Source: Acidobacteriota bacterium
Lineage (GTDB): Bacteria; Acidobacteriota; Vicinamibacteria; Vicinamibacterales; SCN-69-37
Reading direction: 5' to 3'
Length of the DNA: 64,000 bases
Assembly: GCA_016716905.1 (NCBI GenBank)
Contig: JADJUS010000003.1
Coordinates: 723,710 to 787,709 of the forward strand
Shown: in pieces, positions 26,245-35,414 of the stretch
Numbering within the stretch: position 1 is the first letter of the stretch
How the letters are laid out: the number at the start of each line of letters is the position of its first letter
The notes under the pieces: generated by a model
The model's input: only the letters and a program-made list of their open reading frames with translations
The model's database searches: none
What the model was told of the DNA's origin: nothing
Program-made: the position numbers and the translations under genes

Positions 26245-28938
26245 CTAGAGGCCGATACGGAAGCCGACGCGGAAGGTCAGCGGTGGCTGCACGGCGGTTG
26301 GGCGCCTGAAGTTGGGTGTCGTCAGGACGTCTTCCTCCACTTCGTTGTTGTGACGCGTGGCGTTAAAGACGTCGAGCTGCAGTGCCGAGCGGCGGCCCGC
26401 AATCGTGAATCCTTTTTCCAGTCTGATGTCGAGCGTGAGTGTGTACGTGAACCGTGTGCGGCCAATACGGTAGGCGTGGATCATCTGGGCGCCGGACGCC
26501 AGATTCTCAGCGATGACCACGCGTGAGAAGGGTTGGCCGTCCTGGTAACGTGCCGAGAATCCAACGCGAATGTCACCGGGCGCCCGGTAACTGGTTGACC
26601 ACTTGGCCACATACGAGCGGTCGAAGAAGTAGCTGCCTTGCACCACGGGCCGCGCATTCGGCTGCTCGAAGACATCACCCACCACGCTCTGATCGTTTTC
26701 AAGCGGACCGAATCCGAGATGGCCCACCCAGCTGCGGGTGCGATACGCCATCACCCCGAACAAGACGCGCAGGCGGCGCGTGGAGAGCGTCCAGGTGGTC
26801 TCGATGCCTTCATACTTCGCGTTGCCCTCGGCGGGGTTGGTCAGCAGATACGCGTCTTTACCGAAACTCTCGGGGAGGCGATCAAACACGACCAGTGGTT
26901 TGTCGTCAGCCGGGCCGTCCCAGTCCTCGGCTGCGTCGGCAATGAACACGGCGCGGTAGCTGGACGCCGGCACACCGGTGTTGATCGAGCCGGGGATCGC
27001 CGACTGATTGCGCCAGATGGCGGCGGCGCGCCACACAAATACCTGTCGATGCCGCATCTCGATGCCGATCGTCCGTTCGCTCGTGCGCGACGCGCGAAGG
27101 TCCGGATCAATGGTCGCCACTGACGAACCCCAGCCGGCGCGTGACACCAACACGCCGAGTTCCCCGGTATCAAATCGACGATCGCCATCGAGGTCAAACC
27201 AGCGGTGCACGTTCGACACCGTCTCGCCGGGGTCACCGTACGCGAGCATGGAGAGGGTCAGCGGATCGGCGTAACGTCCGGCGCCGCCAAAAATGGCAAA
27301 GGCACCGCGGCTCCACTGGAACGAGACGCGCGGGGAGACGGTGCGCCAGTTGATGCCATTAGCCGCGCCCTCTGCTGAGCCACTGGCAAGATCGACGCGC
27401 ACACCGGCGTCCATGGTGAAGCTCGATCCCAGGGCCATGCGGTCCGCCACATAGGCCGAGCCGTGGAGCAGGCGTCGCTTCGACGCCGACGCGGGACTCG
27501 AGGGCAGCCACACGCGGGCAGCGATCCCGCCCACTTGCTCGGCGACGATGGGCAGCGATAACACTTCGCTTGTGGCGGCGGCCCGGCGCGCGGTGATGCC
27601 GGCGCGCAGTTCATGCGCCATGTTCCGCCATGAGAGCAGTCGCGGCGCCACGTGCGCCGCCGCGTCCCACTGAGAGGAGACCATGTCCGCTGCCGGCCTG
27701 GGCACAATTCCTTCCGTCACGCGGTCCACGGTGCCGCCCTCGGGGTTTGTGACATCGGGGGTGAAGGCGCCCCGCTGAAAGGCGAGTGATACACCGGCGC
27801 GGTTGCCCGCGGAGCCCACGCGTTCCCAGGCGGCGCTCGATTGAAGAAACGTGCCGCGTTCATAGACGTTGGTGTCCCTGAACTGCCGCCTGCCGTCATA
27901 CGGATAGCGCACACGTTGCGCGGCTGCCACGATACGAATCTGGTCGCCGTCGCCGCGGTTCTTGACGAGGTGACTGAACAGGGAAGCGCTGTCGGATGTC
28001 CACAAGCCCGGCCGATCGCGCTCGTGGTGCTGGGCGCGGCTGTAAGCGCCTGAGACGAGAAGGCCGGCCCGGTCGCCGACGGGACCCCCAAATTGCGCGC
28101 CGATGTCCCGCCACGAGGCCAGTCGGCCGATGGATGGCGCACCCATCAAGGGATTCAGATCCACCATTCCGGGTTCCGTGAACGACCCCTGCACGGTGCC
28201 GCTGCGTCCTGCGCCCGCGCGCCGCGGCGTGAGGCCGATGAGTACGCCTGGGCTCTCTGCCTCGATTTCGGCCAGGCCCGATGTGACTGTCACCGACTCG
28301 ATGGCACTCAGGTCCAGTGCCACAGGCATCAGGCCGAACAGATTCGGAGCCAGTACGTTGACGTTGCCGAACGTCACCGCGGTCGTGGTCCACGACGCGC
28401 CCCGGCTGCCGAGCAGCGCCGAACGGCCGGTGCCCAGGCCGCCGTTGTCCATGCGGTCGGCGATCACGAATGGAACGGCCGTCTCGATCAACGACCAGAC
28501 GTTGCCGCCGGCGGGGAGGTCCTGCAGCCAGCGTGGGTCGAAGTCCGCGCCTTCGCCGACGTGCTGGCGGTCCACGACCGTGAGTGTCGGGCGTGGTGAC
28601 AGTGTCGCGAGCAGCGTAAGGACTTCACGCGACAGCAGCGTGACGGTCAGGGTCGATGCCGGCGCCGGTGGGCCGCTCACGGTCACGACATACGTGCCGG
28701 GCGCAAGGCCGGCAAACGATGCGAGTCGCGATCCCGGAGGGATGCTCGACGTCCGCCGCGTTGTCGGGTCGTCTTCGATTTGAATAGAGACGGCCACCGG
28801 CGCAGCACCAGTCGCCACGGCCCCCGCGACGCGCACACGGACCGTTCCTGTGTCGTCGAGTGTCAGACCACTGGCAAATGCCGGGCCGGCGAGGCCCACC
28901 CAGATGAAGCAGGCCGCAGCCGCCCGAAGGATGACCAC
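26245..28938 (-). CDS. TonB-dependent-receptor-like outer-membrane beta-barrel protein with an N-terminal carboxypeptidase-regulatory-like domain
   Basis: Signal peptide, GL-x-PG-x-Y-x-V-x-V, plug-like segment (L-x-DLP-x-G-x-NVWSL), alternating beta strands, DVFN near the C-terminus. Confidence 0.7.
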   Translation of the reverse strand: MVILRAAAACFIWVGLAGPAFASGLTLDDTGTVRVRVAGAVATGAAPVAVSIQIEDDPTTRRTSSIPPGSRLASFAGLAPGTYVVTVSGPPAPASTLTVTLLSREVLTLLATLSPRPTLTVVDRQHVGEGADFDPRWLQDLPAGGNVWSLIETAVPFVIADRMDNGGLGTGRSALLGSRGASWTTTAVTFGNVNVLAPNLFGLMPVALDLSAIESVTVTSGLAEIEAESPGVLIGLTPRRAGAGRSGTVQGSFTEPGMVDLNPLMGAPSIGRLASWRDIGAQFGGPVGDRAGLLVSGAYSRAQHHERDRPGLWTSDSASLFSHLVKNRGDGDQIRIVAAAQRVRYPYDGRRQFRDTNVYERGTFLQSSAAWERVGSAGNRAGVSLAFQRGAFTPDVTNPEGGTVDRVTEGIVPRPAADMVSSQWDAAAHVAPRLLSWRNMAHELRAGITARRAAATSEVLSLPIVAEQVGGIAARVWLPSSPASASKRRLLHGSAYVADRMALGSSFTMDAGVRVDLASGSAEGAANGINWRTVSPRVSFQWSRGAFAIFGGAGRYADPLTLSMLAYGDPGETVSNVHRWFDLDGDRRFDTGELGVLVSRAGWGSSVATIDPDLRASRTSERTIGIEMRHRQVFVWRAAAIWRNQSAIPGSINTGVPASSYRAVFIADAAEDWDGPADDKPLVVFDRLPESFGKDAYLLTNPAEGNAKYEGIETTWTLSTRRLRVLFGVMAYRTRSWVGHLGFGPLENDQSVVGDVFEQPNARPVVQGSYFFDRSYVAKWSTSYRAPGDIRVGFSARYQDGQPFSRVVIAENLASGAQMIHAYRIGRTRFTYTLTLDIRLEKGFTIAGRRSALQLDVFNATRHNNEVEEDVLTTPNFRRPTAVQPPLTFRVGFRIGL

Positions 28939-28941
28939 CCG

Positions 28942-29505
28942 CTACCGGACCGTAACGTTCTTGATAACCTCGTTCATCTCGATCTTGTCGGCGACCTCGA
29001 TGCCCTTGATGACCTTGCCCAGTACCGTGTATTTCCCTTCGAGCGCCGGGATGGGCCCCAGCAGGATGAAGAACATGCTGTCAGCCGTTTCCGGCTTCCA
29101 CGTGGGCCGGTAGGCCAGCGCGACGATGCCGCGGGTGAACTTACGCTTGCTCGGCTCGAAGACGCCAATGGGTTTGTTGGATCGGTTGGGGCCGCTTCCG
29201 CCCGTGCCCCATTCCTTCTGCTTGGTGATGTCGCGCGACAACGGGTCGCCGGCCTGCACCAGTCCGGGCTGCACCCAGTGGAAGCGCTGGCCGCGGTAGA
29301 ACCCGCGCTTGGCCAATTCGAGGAAGTGCGCCACCGACTTGGGCGCTTCGCCCGGATAGGTTTCTATCTCAACCACGCCCTTGGCTGTTTCGAGCACCAC
29401 GACGGGGCCGGCCGGAGCAGGGGCCGGCTTGGCCTGACCCTGCATGGGTGATTGGGAGAACAGCAACGCAGCGGCAACACTCGCAGTCAGTAAAGGACGA
29501 AACAT
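28942..29505 (-). CDS. Cyclophilin-type peptidyl-prolyl isomerase, exported
   Basis: VVLET-x-KG, APKSV-x-HF-x-x-L, FY-x-G-x-x-FH, QAGDP, ADSMFFI, Y-TV-x-GKVI-x-G; signal peptide from the ATG at 29505. Confidence 0.88.
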   Translation of the reverse strand: MFRPLLTASVAAALLFSQSPMQGQAKPAPAPAGPVVVLETAKGVVEIETYPGEAPKSVAHFLELAKRGFYRGQRFHWVQPGLVQAGDPLSRDITKQKEWGTGGSGPNRSNKPIGVFEPSKRKFTRGIVALAYRPTWKPETADSMFFILLGPIPALEGKYTVLGKVIKGIEVADKIEMNEVIKNVTVR

Positions 29506-29527
29506 CGAGCACCTCTCGGCAGATAGT

Positions 29528-30169
29528 TTACGCCTGTTTGTGGACAACCCCCGTGCCGTGAAGCCGATCCCCAAAGTCTCCCAGGCCCGGTGCGATGAAC
29601 TTCTGGAGATTCAGTTCCCGGTCAAGCGCCGGAGAATAGACCGCCACATCCGGGTGGGCCCGTTCCACGGCCTCCACGCCCTCGGGGGCCGCGACGATGG
29701 AGAGCAGGCGGATGGCGCGGGCGCCAGCGGCCTTGAGGATGTCGATGGCCATGATCGCCGAACCGCCGGTGGCGAGCATCGGGTCCACAAGCAAAATCAG
29801 GCTGCTGGACAGGCCCTCCGGCAGGTGCCCTGAATACTGATGGGCCTGGGCGGTGTGCTCGTCGCGCCGCAGGCCGATATGACCGACCCGTGCCTGCGGC
29901 AGGAAATTCAGCACTGGATCAACCAGGCACAATCCGGCGCGCAGGACCGCCACCACCACCACGTCACCTGCGATCGCCTGTCCGGTGGTCATTTCGAGCG
30001 GCGTCTGGACGGAGACCTCGGTGGTCGGCAGATCCTTCGTGGCTTCGGCCGCGATGATGAGACCGATGCGATGTGCCAGTTGCCGAAACTCGGCGGGCTG
30101 CGTGGTGGCGTCACGCAACGCGATCAGGGCATGCTGCGCAACGGGGTGTGCGACGAGGTGGAATGACAC
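29528..30169 (-). CDS. upp: Uracil phosphoribosyltransferase
   Basis: LRD-x-x-T-x-x-x-EFR, VLRAG, IG-x-x-RDE-x-T, VDPMLATGGS, PGLGDFGDR. Confidence 0.95.
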   Translation of the reverse strand: MSFHLVAHPVAQHALIALRDATTQPAEFRQLAHRIGLIIAAEATKDLPTTEVSVQTPLEMTTGQAIAGDVVVVAVLRAGLCLVDPVLNFLPQARVGHIGLRRDEHTAQAHQYSGHLPEGLSSSLILLVDPMLATGGSAIMAIDILKAAGARAIRLLSIVAAPEGVEAVERAHPDVAVYSPALDRELNLQKFIAPGLGDFGDRLHGTGVVHKQA

Positions 30170-30175
30170 CGGGAA

Positions 30176-30206
30176 ACTATACACCTGCGGTTCCGGCCGA
30201 TAGAAT
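30176..30206. promoter_or_regulatory. Divergent -10 boxes for leaderless transcripts of upp (TATAGT, - strand) and the deaminase (TAGAAT, + strand)
   Basis: Hexamers end 6 nt before the GTG at 30169 and 7 nt before the ATG at 30214; no Shine-Dalgarno for either. Confidence 0.5.
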
Positions 30207-30213
30207 CCCAGTC

Positions 30214-31632
30214 ATGAAGCGTTCGGCGTGGGTGGCAGTGGTCCTGTTCGCGATTGTGGCGGGCCTGGCGTGGCAGCGGACGCAGCCCGGGGACCGCGCG
30301 TCCATTTCGCTGCTCGTCACCGGAGGCACGGTGGTGACCATGGACGCGGCCGGCACGGTGGTGCCCGACGGTGCGGTCGCGATCGATGGCACGACGATCG
30401 TGGCGATCGGAACGGCCGCCGACCTGGACGCGCGGTATCAGGCTCGCGAGCGCATCGATGCCCGCGGCCAGGTCATCATGCCGGGCCTCATCAACACCCA
30501 CACACATGCGCCAATGGTCCTCTTTCGGGGGCTTGCCGATGACCTGGCGCTGATGGACTGGTTGACGCAGTACATCTTCCCCGCGGAGAAGGCCACGGTC
30601 TCACCCGAGTTCGTGCGCGTCGGCACGCGGCTGGCTCTGCTGGAAATGATTGAGTCGGGCACCACGACGTATGCCGACATGTATTACTTCGAGGAAGAGA
30701 TTGCCGCAGTCACCAAGGCCGCGGGCGTACGCGGGGTGCTCGGCCAGACCATCATCAGGTTCCCTGTGGCAGACGCCGCGACCCCCGAAGAAGGGCTCGC
30801 GCGTTCAGAGACGTTTCTGACTCAGTGGGCGAACGATCCGCTCATCGTGCCGGCGGTCGCGCCGCACGCGCCGTATACGCTGACACCCGAGACACTGAAG
30901 GCGGCGCGCGCGCTGGCGGACAAATATCGTGCGCCGCTTTTGATCCACCTGGCGGAGACGCGCGACGAGGTGGGCATCATTGCCGGACAGTTCAAGCTGT
31001 CGCCGGCGATGTTCCTCGACAGTCTGGGATTCTGGGGCGGCCGCTCACTCGCCGCACATGCGGTGTGGGTGGATGAGGCCGACATGAAGATGCTGGCCGC
31101 GCGTGGCGTCGGTCTCTCCCACAATCCCGAGAGCAATATGAAGCTGGCCTCTGGCACGGCACCGGTGACGGGCTGGTTGAGCGCCGGAATCCCGGCGGGG
31201 CTGGGCACCGATGGCGCCGCCAGCAATAACGACCTGGACATGTTCGAGGCCGTGCGCACAGCAGCGCTCCTCCATAAACATGCCACCGGCGACCCACGGG
31301 CGATGCCCGCCAGACAGGCGCTGGAACTGGCCACGCGTCGCGGCGCCGCCGCGCTGGGACTTGGGGATAGGATTGGCAGTCTGGAGACTGGCAAACTGGC
31401 CGACGTGATCACCGTGTCGATGTCGAGCGCGCGACAAACGCCGCTGTTCGATCCGCTCTCGCACCTTGTCTACGTGACACGGGGCACCGATGTGCGCAAC
31501 ACCATCGTCCACGGGCGGGTGCTGATGCGTCAGGGGCGGGTGATCAGCCTCAACCGTTCGGCTGTTCTCCAGGAAGCGACTGCGATGGCAGAGAAGGTCC
31601 GCGCCGCGGTGTCGCGCAAGGAGGGGCAGTGA
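30214..31632 (+). CDS. MtaD/SsnA-like metal-dependent nucleoside deaminase (amidohydrolase) with an N-terminal signal/anchor
   Basis: PGLINTHTH, SGTTT-x-ADMY, PHAPYT, IHLAET, HNPESN-x-KLASG, LGTDG-x-ASNN-x-LDM, G-x-L-x-x-GK-x-AD. Confidence 0.88.
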   Translation: MKRSAWVAVVLFAIVAGLAWQRTQPGDRASISLLVTGGTVVTMDAAGTVVPDGAVAIDGTTIVAIGTAADLDARYQARERIDARGQVIMPGLINTHTHAPMVLFRGLADDLALMDWLTQYIFPAEKATVSPEFVRVGTRLALLEMIESGTTTYADMYYFEEEIAAVTKAAGVRGVLGQTIIRFPVADAATPEEGLARSETFLTQWANDPLIVPAVAPHAPYTLTPETLKAARALADKYRAPLLIHLAETRDEVGIIAGQFKLSPAMFLDSLGFWGGRSLAAHAVWVDEADMKMLAARGVGLSHNPESNMKLASGTAPVTGWLSAGIPAGLGTDGAASNNDLDMFEAVRTAALLHKHATGDPRAMPARQALELATRRGAAALGLGDRIGSLETGKLADVITVSMSSARQTPLFDPLSHLVYVTRGTDVRNTIVHGRVLMRQGRVISLNRSAVLQEATAMAEKVRAAVSRKEGQ

Positions 31633-32147
31633 GTCACGTGACCCAGTTTCTGGGCGAGGCCGAGATCGCGGAACGCGTCAACGCCGTGGCCGCGGCCATC
31701 CGGGCTGACGCCGGCCCCGATGTGCCCGTTCACCTCGTGGGTGTGCTGAAGGGCGCGTTTATCTTCATGGCGGATCTCATGCGCCAGATCGGCGGCCCGA
31801 TCACGTGTGACTTCATCGCGGTCTCCAGCTACGCAGGCACGGTGTCCACGGGACAAGTCCAGATCCTGAAGGACCTGGACCGATCGATTGATGGCCGGTA
31901 TGTGGTGATCGTTGAAGACATCGTGGACACGGGGCTCACGCTCTCGTATCTGCAGGACGTGTTTCGCACGCGGTCGCCGCGGGCGCTCAAGACGGCGTGC
32001 CTGTTGAGCAAGCCGTCGCGGCGAAAAGTGGACGTGCCAGTGGATTACGTCGGATTCACCATCGACGACCGCTTCGTGGTCGGGTATGGCCTCGATTTCG
32101 ACGAGCAGTATCGCAACCTGCCGTTCATTGGCGTGGTGGGAGAGTAG
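31629..32147 (+). CDS. hpt: Hypoxanthine phosphoribosyltransferase
   Basis: VLKGAF-x-FMADL, VEDIVDTG-x-TL, FVVGYGLDF-x-E-x-YRNLP. Confidence 0.95.
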   Translation: MSHVTQFLGEAEIAERVNAVAAAIRADAGPDVPVHLVGVLKGAFIFMADLMRQIGGPITCDFIAVSSYAGTVSTGQVQILKDLDRSIDGRYVVIVEDIVDTGLTLSYLQDVFRTRSPRALKTACLLSKPSRRKVDVPVDYVGFTIDDRFVVGYGLDFDEQYRNLPFIGVVGE

Positions 32148-32789
32148 ATGGCCGTGCGCAGGTTCTCGATCATCACGGAAGGTGATGCGCGGCAGATCGA
32201 GCCAGGGACCACTGTCGAACTGGACGCGAGGGGCCACGTGACGCCGCTGGCGGCCGATACGCTGCGGGAGCGCCGCGTGACCGTGGTGCCGGCTGGAACC
32301 GCCGACCCTGCGCTGCCTGCGGACCTGTCGCCGATATCGCCTGTGCGCCGCGTCACCATCGGGTCCGACCACACCGGTGTGGCGCTCAAGGCGACGCTGG
32401 TCGCACACCTGCGAAAGTCCGGTCTCGCCGTGTATGACTGCGGCACTGATGGACCCGAGGCGGTGGACTATCCAGACATTGCGGCGGCGGTGGGGAAGAG
32501 TGTCGTGCGAGGGGAAGCCGACGCGGGCATCGTGATCGATGGCGCCGGACTGGGATCGGCGATGGCGGCCAACAAGATCCGCGGCGTGCGAGCGGCGATG
32601 TGTCTGACGGTGACGCTGGCGCGGTATGCGCGTGAACACAATGGCGCGAACGTTCTGGCTCTGGGCGCCACACTGATCACCAGCGCCGAGGCCATCGAGA
32701 TTGTGGACACCTGGTTGAGCACGCCGACGAGGGAACCGCGGTACCTGCGGCGCCTCTTGAAGGTGCGGCGCCTGGAAGAGAGCTTTTAG
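32148..32789 (+). CDS. rpiB: RpiB/LacAB-family sugar-phosphate isomerase with a ~66-aa N-terminal extra domain
   Basis: IGSDH-x-G, VDYPD, AANK-x-x-G-x-RAA, AREHN-x-ANVL; canonical CGTG replaced by DGAG. Confidence 0.8.
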   Translation: MAVRRFSIITEGDARQIEPGTTVELDARGHVTPLAADTLRERRVTVVPAGTADPALPADLSPISPVRRVTIGSDHTGVALKATLVAHLRKSGLAVYDCGTDGPEAVDYPDIAAAVGKSVVRGEADAGIVIDGAGLGSAMAANKIRGVRAAMCLTVTLARYAREHNGANVLALGATLITSAEAIEIVDTWLSTPTREPRYLRRLLKVRRLEESF

Positions 32790-33688
32790 TGGACACACAT
32801 ACCGTTGACCTCTCGCGACTGATCGCGATCATCGCCGAAGAGGTGCTGGCCGCGTCGCGGCGTCCCGCGACGAACTGCGACTGCCACTCGGTCAATGAAG
32901 ACTGCTGCCCGACGCGCCTGCAGGGAGCGATCGATGCGGGAGCCGTGCGGTTCGGCGTCCATGCGGTCGGCGGCGCGCCCGACGTGGTCTCGGGGTTGAT
33001 CGACCACACGCTACTCAAACCTGACGCGACGCGGCCCGAGATGGAGAAGTTGTGCCGGGAGGCCGCCGAGTTCCGCTTCGCGACCGTGTGTGTGAATCCG
33101 GCGTGGGTGGCGTTCTGCGCCGCCCAGCTCAGGCACACACCGGTCGGCGTATGCACGGTCGTGGGCTTTCCACTGGGGGCGACCACCTCGGATGTCAAGA
33201 ACTACGAAACGCGCCGCGTGATCTTCGATGGTGCGCGTGAAGTGGACATGGTCATCAACATCGGCGCGCTCAAGAGCGGCGATGTGCGCACGGTGGAGCG
33301 CGACATCGAGGCGGTGACGCAGCCGTGTCGTGACGCGGGCGTGGTGAGCAAAGTGATCATTGAAGCCGCGTACCTCTCCGATGAAGAGAAGGTGACCGCG
33401 TGCACGCTCGCAAAGGCGGCGGGCGCAGACTTCGTCAAGACGTCCACAGGATTCGGTCCAGGCGGTGCGACGGTGGCCGACGTGGCGCTCATGCGCCGTG
33501 TGGTGGGCGCCGACATGGGCGTCAAGGCGGCCGGCGGCGTTCGAGATCTCGAAGGCCTCAAGGCGATGGTGGCGGCCGGCGCCACGCGCGTGGGCGCCAG
33601 CGCCGGCGTCAAGATCGTGCAGCAGTCGCGCAGCGGCGAGCCGGCGGCACCGGCCGCACCGGTGCCCGTCCTCAAGTCCGCGTATTAG
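32789..33688 (+). CDS. deoC: Deoxyribose-phosphate aldolase with a ~65-aa N-terminal extension
   Basis: [35 protein letters not shown] (Schiff-base Lys), [16 protein letters not shown]. Confidence 0.95.
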   Translation: MDTHTVDLSRLIAIIAEEVLAASRRPATNCDCHSVNEDCCPTRLQGAIDAGAVRFGVHAVGGAPDVVSGLIDHTLLKPDATRPEMEKLCREAAEFRFATVCVNPAWVAFCAAQLRHTPVGVCTVVGFPLGATTSDVKNYETRRVIFDGAREVDMVINIGALKSGDVRTVERDIEAVTQPCRDAGVVSKVIIEAAYLSDEEKVTACTLAKAAGADFVKTSTGFGPGGATVADVALMRRVVGADMGVKAAGGVRDLEGLKAMVAAGATRVGASAGVKIVQQSRSGEPAAPAAPVPVLKSAY

Positions 33689-34574
33689 CGTTGTCGGAGA
33701 GCGCCGCTTCCGCGGCCAGGTGACGCGCCAGGGCGTCGCGCTGAGGGAACGGAATCTCGATGCCCGCGCCCTCAAACGCCTTCTTGAGCAAGCGCCGAAA
33801 CTCGCGCGCCGTCTCCCATTGCTTCAGCGGCAGTGTCTTCATGCGGACGCGAATGGTCACCGAGGACTCCCCAAACCCTTCGATGCCAATCACCTCGAGC
33901 GGTTCGAGCATGGCCGGCCCATGTGATGCCGAGAGTCGCATCTGCTCCGAGACGTGCTGCATCACATTCACCACTTCATCGGTATCGTGTTTGTAGGCGA
34001 CCTGAATGTCGAGCAGCGCGTACGCGTAGTCCTTGCTCAGGTTCGCGAGCGTGGTGACGCCGCCACACGGGAACACGTGCACCGCGCCGCTCTGGTCGCG
34101 CAGCACGATGGTGCGCAGGTTGATGGCTTCCACGAGCCCGCCGGTCCCGTTGATCTGGGCGACGTCACCGACGCGCACCTGGTTTTCGAGGATGAGGAAG
34201 AACCCGCCGATGACGTCTTTCACCAACGTCTGCGCACCGAACCCCACGGCGAGGCCCAGGATGCCCGCGCCGGTGAGGATAGGCATGATGTTGATTCGCA
34301 ACTCCTGAAGGACCATCAGCGTCGCGACTGCCGCGATCAATACGCCGGCGACGTTGCGGAGCAGGTTGCCCAGGGTCTTCGCACGTTTGCCGGATTCGCT
34401 TCCGTTGGGGTCGTGTCCGTCGGCCAGGTACTGTTCAAGCCGCCTGACGCCCGCGCGCATAAAGCGGAGCACCAGAAGCGCGAGAAGGACGACCAGCAGG
34501 ATGCGGACCGCCGCGCCGAGTGACGTCACCGCCCACGCAGGCGTCTGGGCAACGATCCGGTTTAGAAACTCCAT
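33672..34574 (-). CDS. MscS-family small-conductance mechanosensitive channel
   Basis: [19 protein letters not shown]-x-VE-x-INLR-x-x-x-LR, AGIEIPFPQ. Confidence 0.9.
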   Translation of the reverse strand: MEFLNRIVAQTPAWAVTSLGAAVRILLVVLLALLVLRFMRAGVRRLEQYLADGHDPNGSESGKRAKTLGNLLRNVAGVLIAAVATLMVLQELRINIMPILTGAGILGLAVGFGAQTLVKDVIGGFFLILENQVRVGDVAQINGTGGLVEAINLRTIVLRDQSGAVHVFPCGGVTTLANLSKDYAYALLDIQVAYKHDTDEVVNVMQHVSEQMRLSASHGPAMLEPLEVIGIEGFGESSVTIRVRMKTLPLKQWETAREFRRLLKKAFEGAGIEIPFPQRDALARHLAAEAALSDNANTRT

Positions 34575-34593
34575 GCCCTAAGGATAGCGGTAC

Positions 34594-34637
34594 AAAAAAA
34601 GAACGGGGCGACTGCGGCCTTCCCGCAATCGCCCCGT
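34594..34637 (-). terminator. Intrinsic (Rho-independent) terminator after the response regulator
   Basis: Minus strand ACGGGGCGATTGCGG-gaagg-CCGCAGTCGCCCCGT followed by TCTTTTTTT. Confidence 0.85.
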
Positions 34638-34649
34638 ATGTGTGCGTAT

Positions 34650-34681
34650 GGACCCCAGGACCCCGGGACTCCCGGACCCCG
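34650..34681. repeat. Octamer array GGAC[C/T]CC[A/C/G] x4
   Basis: ggacccca ggaccccg ggactccc ggaccccg, 3 nt from the regulator stop codon. Confidence 0.75.
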
Positions 34682-34684
34682 ACG

Positions 34685-35386
34685 TTACTTGATTGGCTCT
34701 CCCGACGTGGTCAAGCCGTGACGTTCCAGCCGGCGATAGAGGGCCGACCGGCTGAGGCCGAGGGCCCGCGCCGCGCGGCTGACATTGCCGCGCGCCCGCT
34801 GCATGGCGCCGCGCACGAGCTGGCCTTCCACCTCGCGCAGGCGCATGACTTCAAACGAGACAGGCGCCGCCCCGTCGGACGCCGCGGTGGCGGCGAGCTG
34901 GGCCTCAAGCTCCACCACCCGCCGCAGGGCCTGGCCCAGTTCGGCCTGTGAACGCAGCGTCGCGATCAGCCGCGCATCGTCAAAGGGCTTCTCAACGAAG
35001 TCCTTCGCGCCGCGGCGCATGGCCTCGAGTGCGAGGCCGATTGAACTCCACGCCGTCATCACGGTGATGGGGAGCGCGGGGTCGAGTTGGTGCAGCCGGC
35101 CCACGAGGTCGAGTCCCTGCTCGCCGTTGGTGCGGCCCTGTTCAAAGTTGAGGTCCACGAGGGCTGCGTGCACGGTTTGTGTGCGCGCGATCTCGATGGC
35201 CTGCGCGGGTGTTGTGGCGCCGATGGTAGTCAGCCCGTCCGACTCCAGGAGGAGGCGGACGGCTTCGATGACGTCGTGCTGGTCATCAGCCACGAGGATC
35301 CGCAGGCGTGCGGCGCGTGGCTGAAGGCGGGGTGCGAATGACGCTGTGGCTTCGGCCACAGCGCCGGTCTGCATCATCGTGCTCAC
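34685..35386 (-). CDS. Response regulator: receiver plus Fis-type HTH, NtrC-like but with no AAA+ domain
   Basis: ADD, phospho-Asp in ALVDLNF, VMTAW, EKPF; C-terminal GNVSRAARALGLSRSALYRRL; only 233 aa. Confidence 0.85.
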   Translation of the reverse strand: MSTMMQTGAVAEATASFAPRLQPRAARLRILVADDQHDVIEAVRLLLESDGLTTIGATTPAQAIEIARTQTVHAALVDLNFEQGRTNGEQGLDLVGRLHQLDPALPITVMTAWSSIGLALEAMRRGAKDFVEKPFDDARLIATLRSQAELGQALRRVVELEAQLAATAASDGAAPVSFEVMRLREVEGQLVRGAMQRARGNVSRAARALGLSRSALYRRLERHGLTTSGEPIK

Positions 35387-35414
35387 TGGACTCCCTCAAT
35401 AACGAACGTGAAAC

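Noticed and set aside
26245-26280. Missing C-terminal Phe in the TonB-like receptor as a sign of pseudogenisation
   Set aside because: The end FRVGFRIGL keeps the alternating hydrophobic beta-signal pattern and the ORF is otherwise intact.
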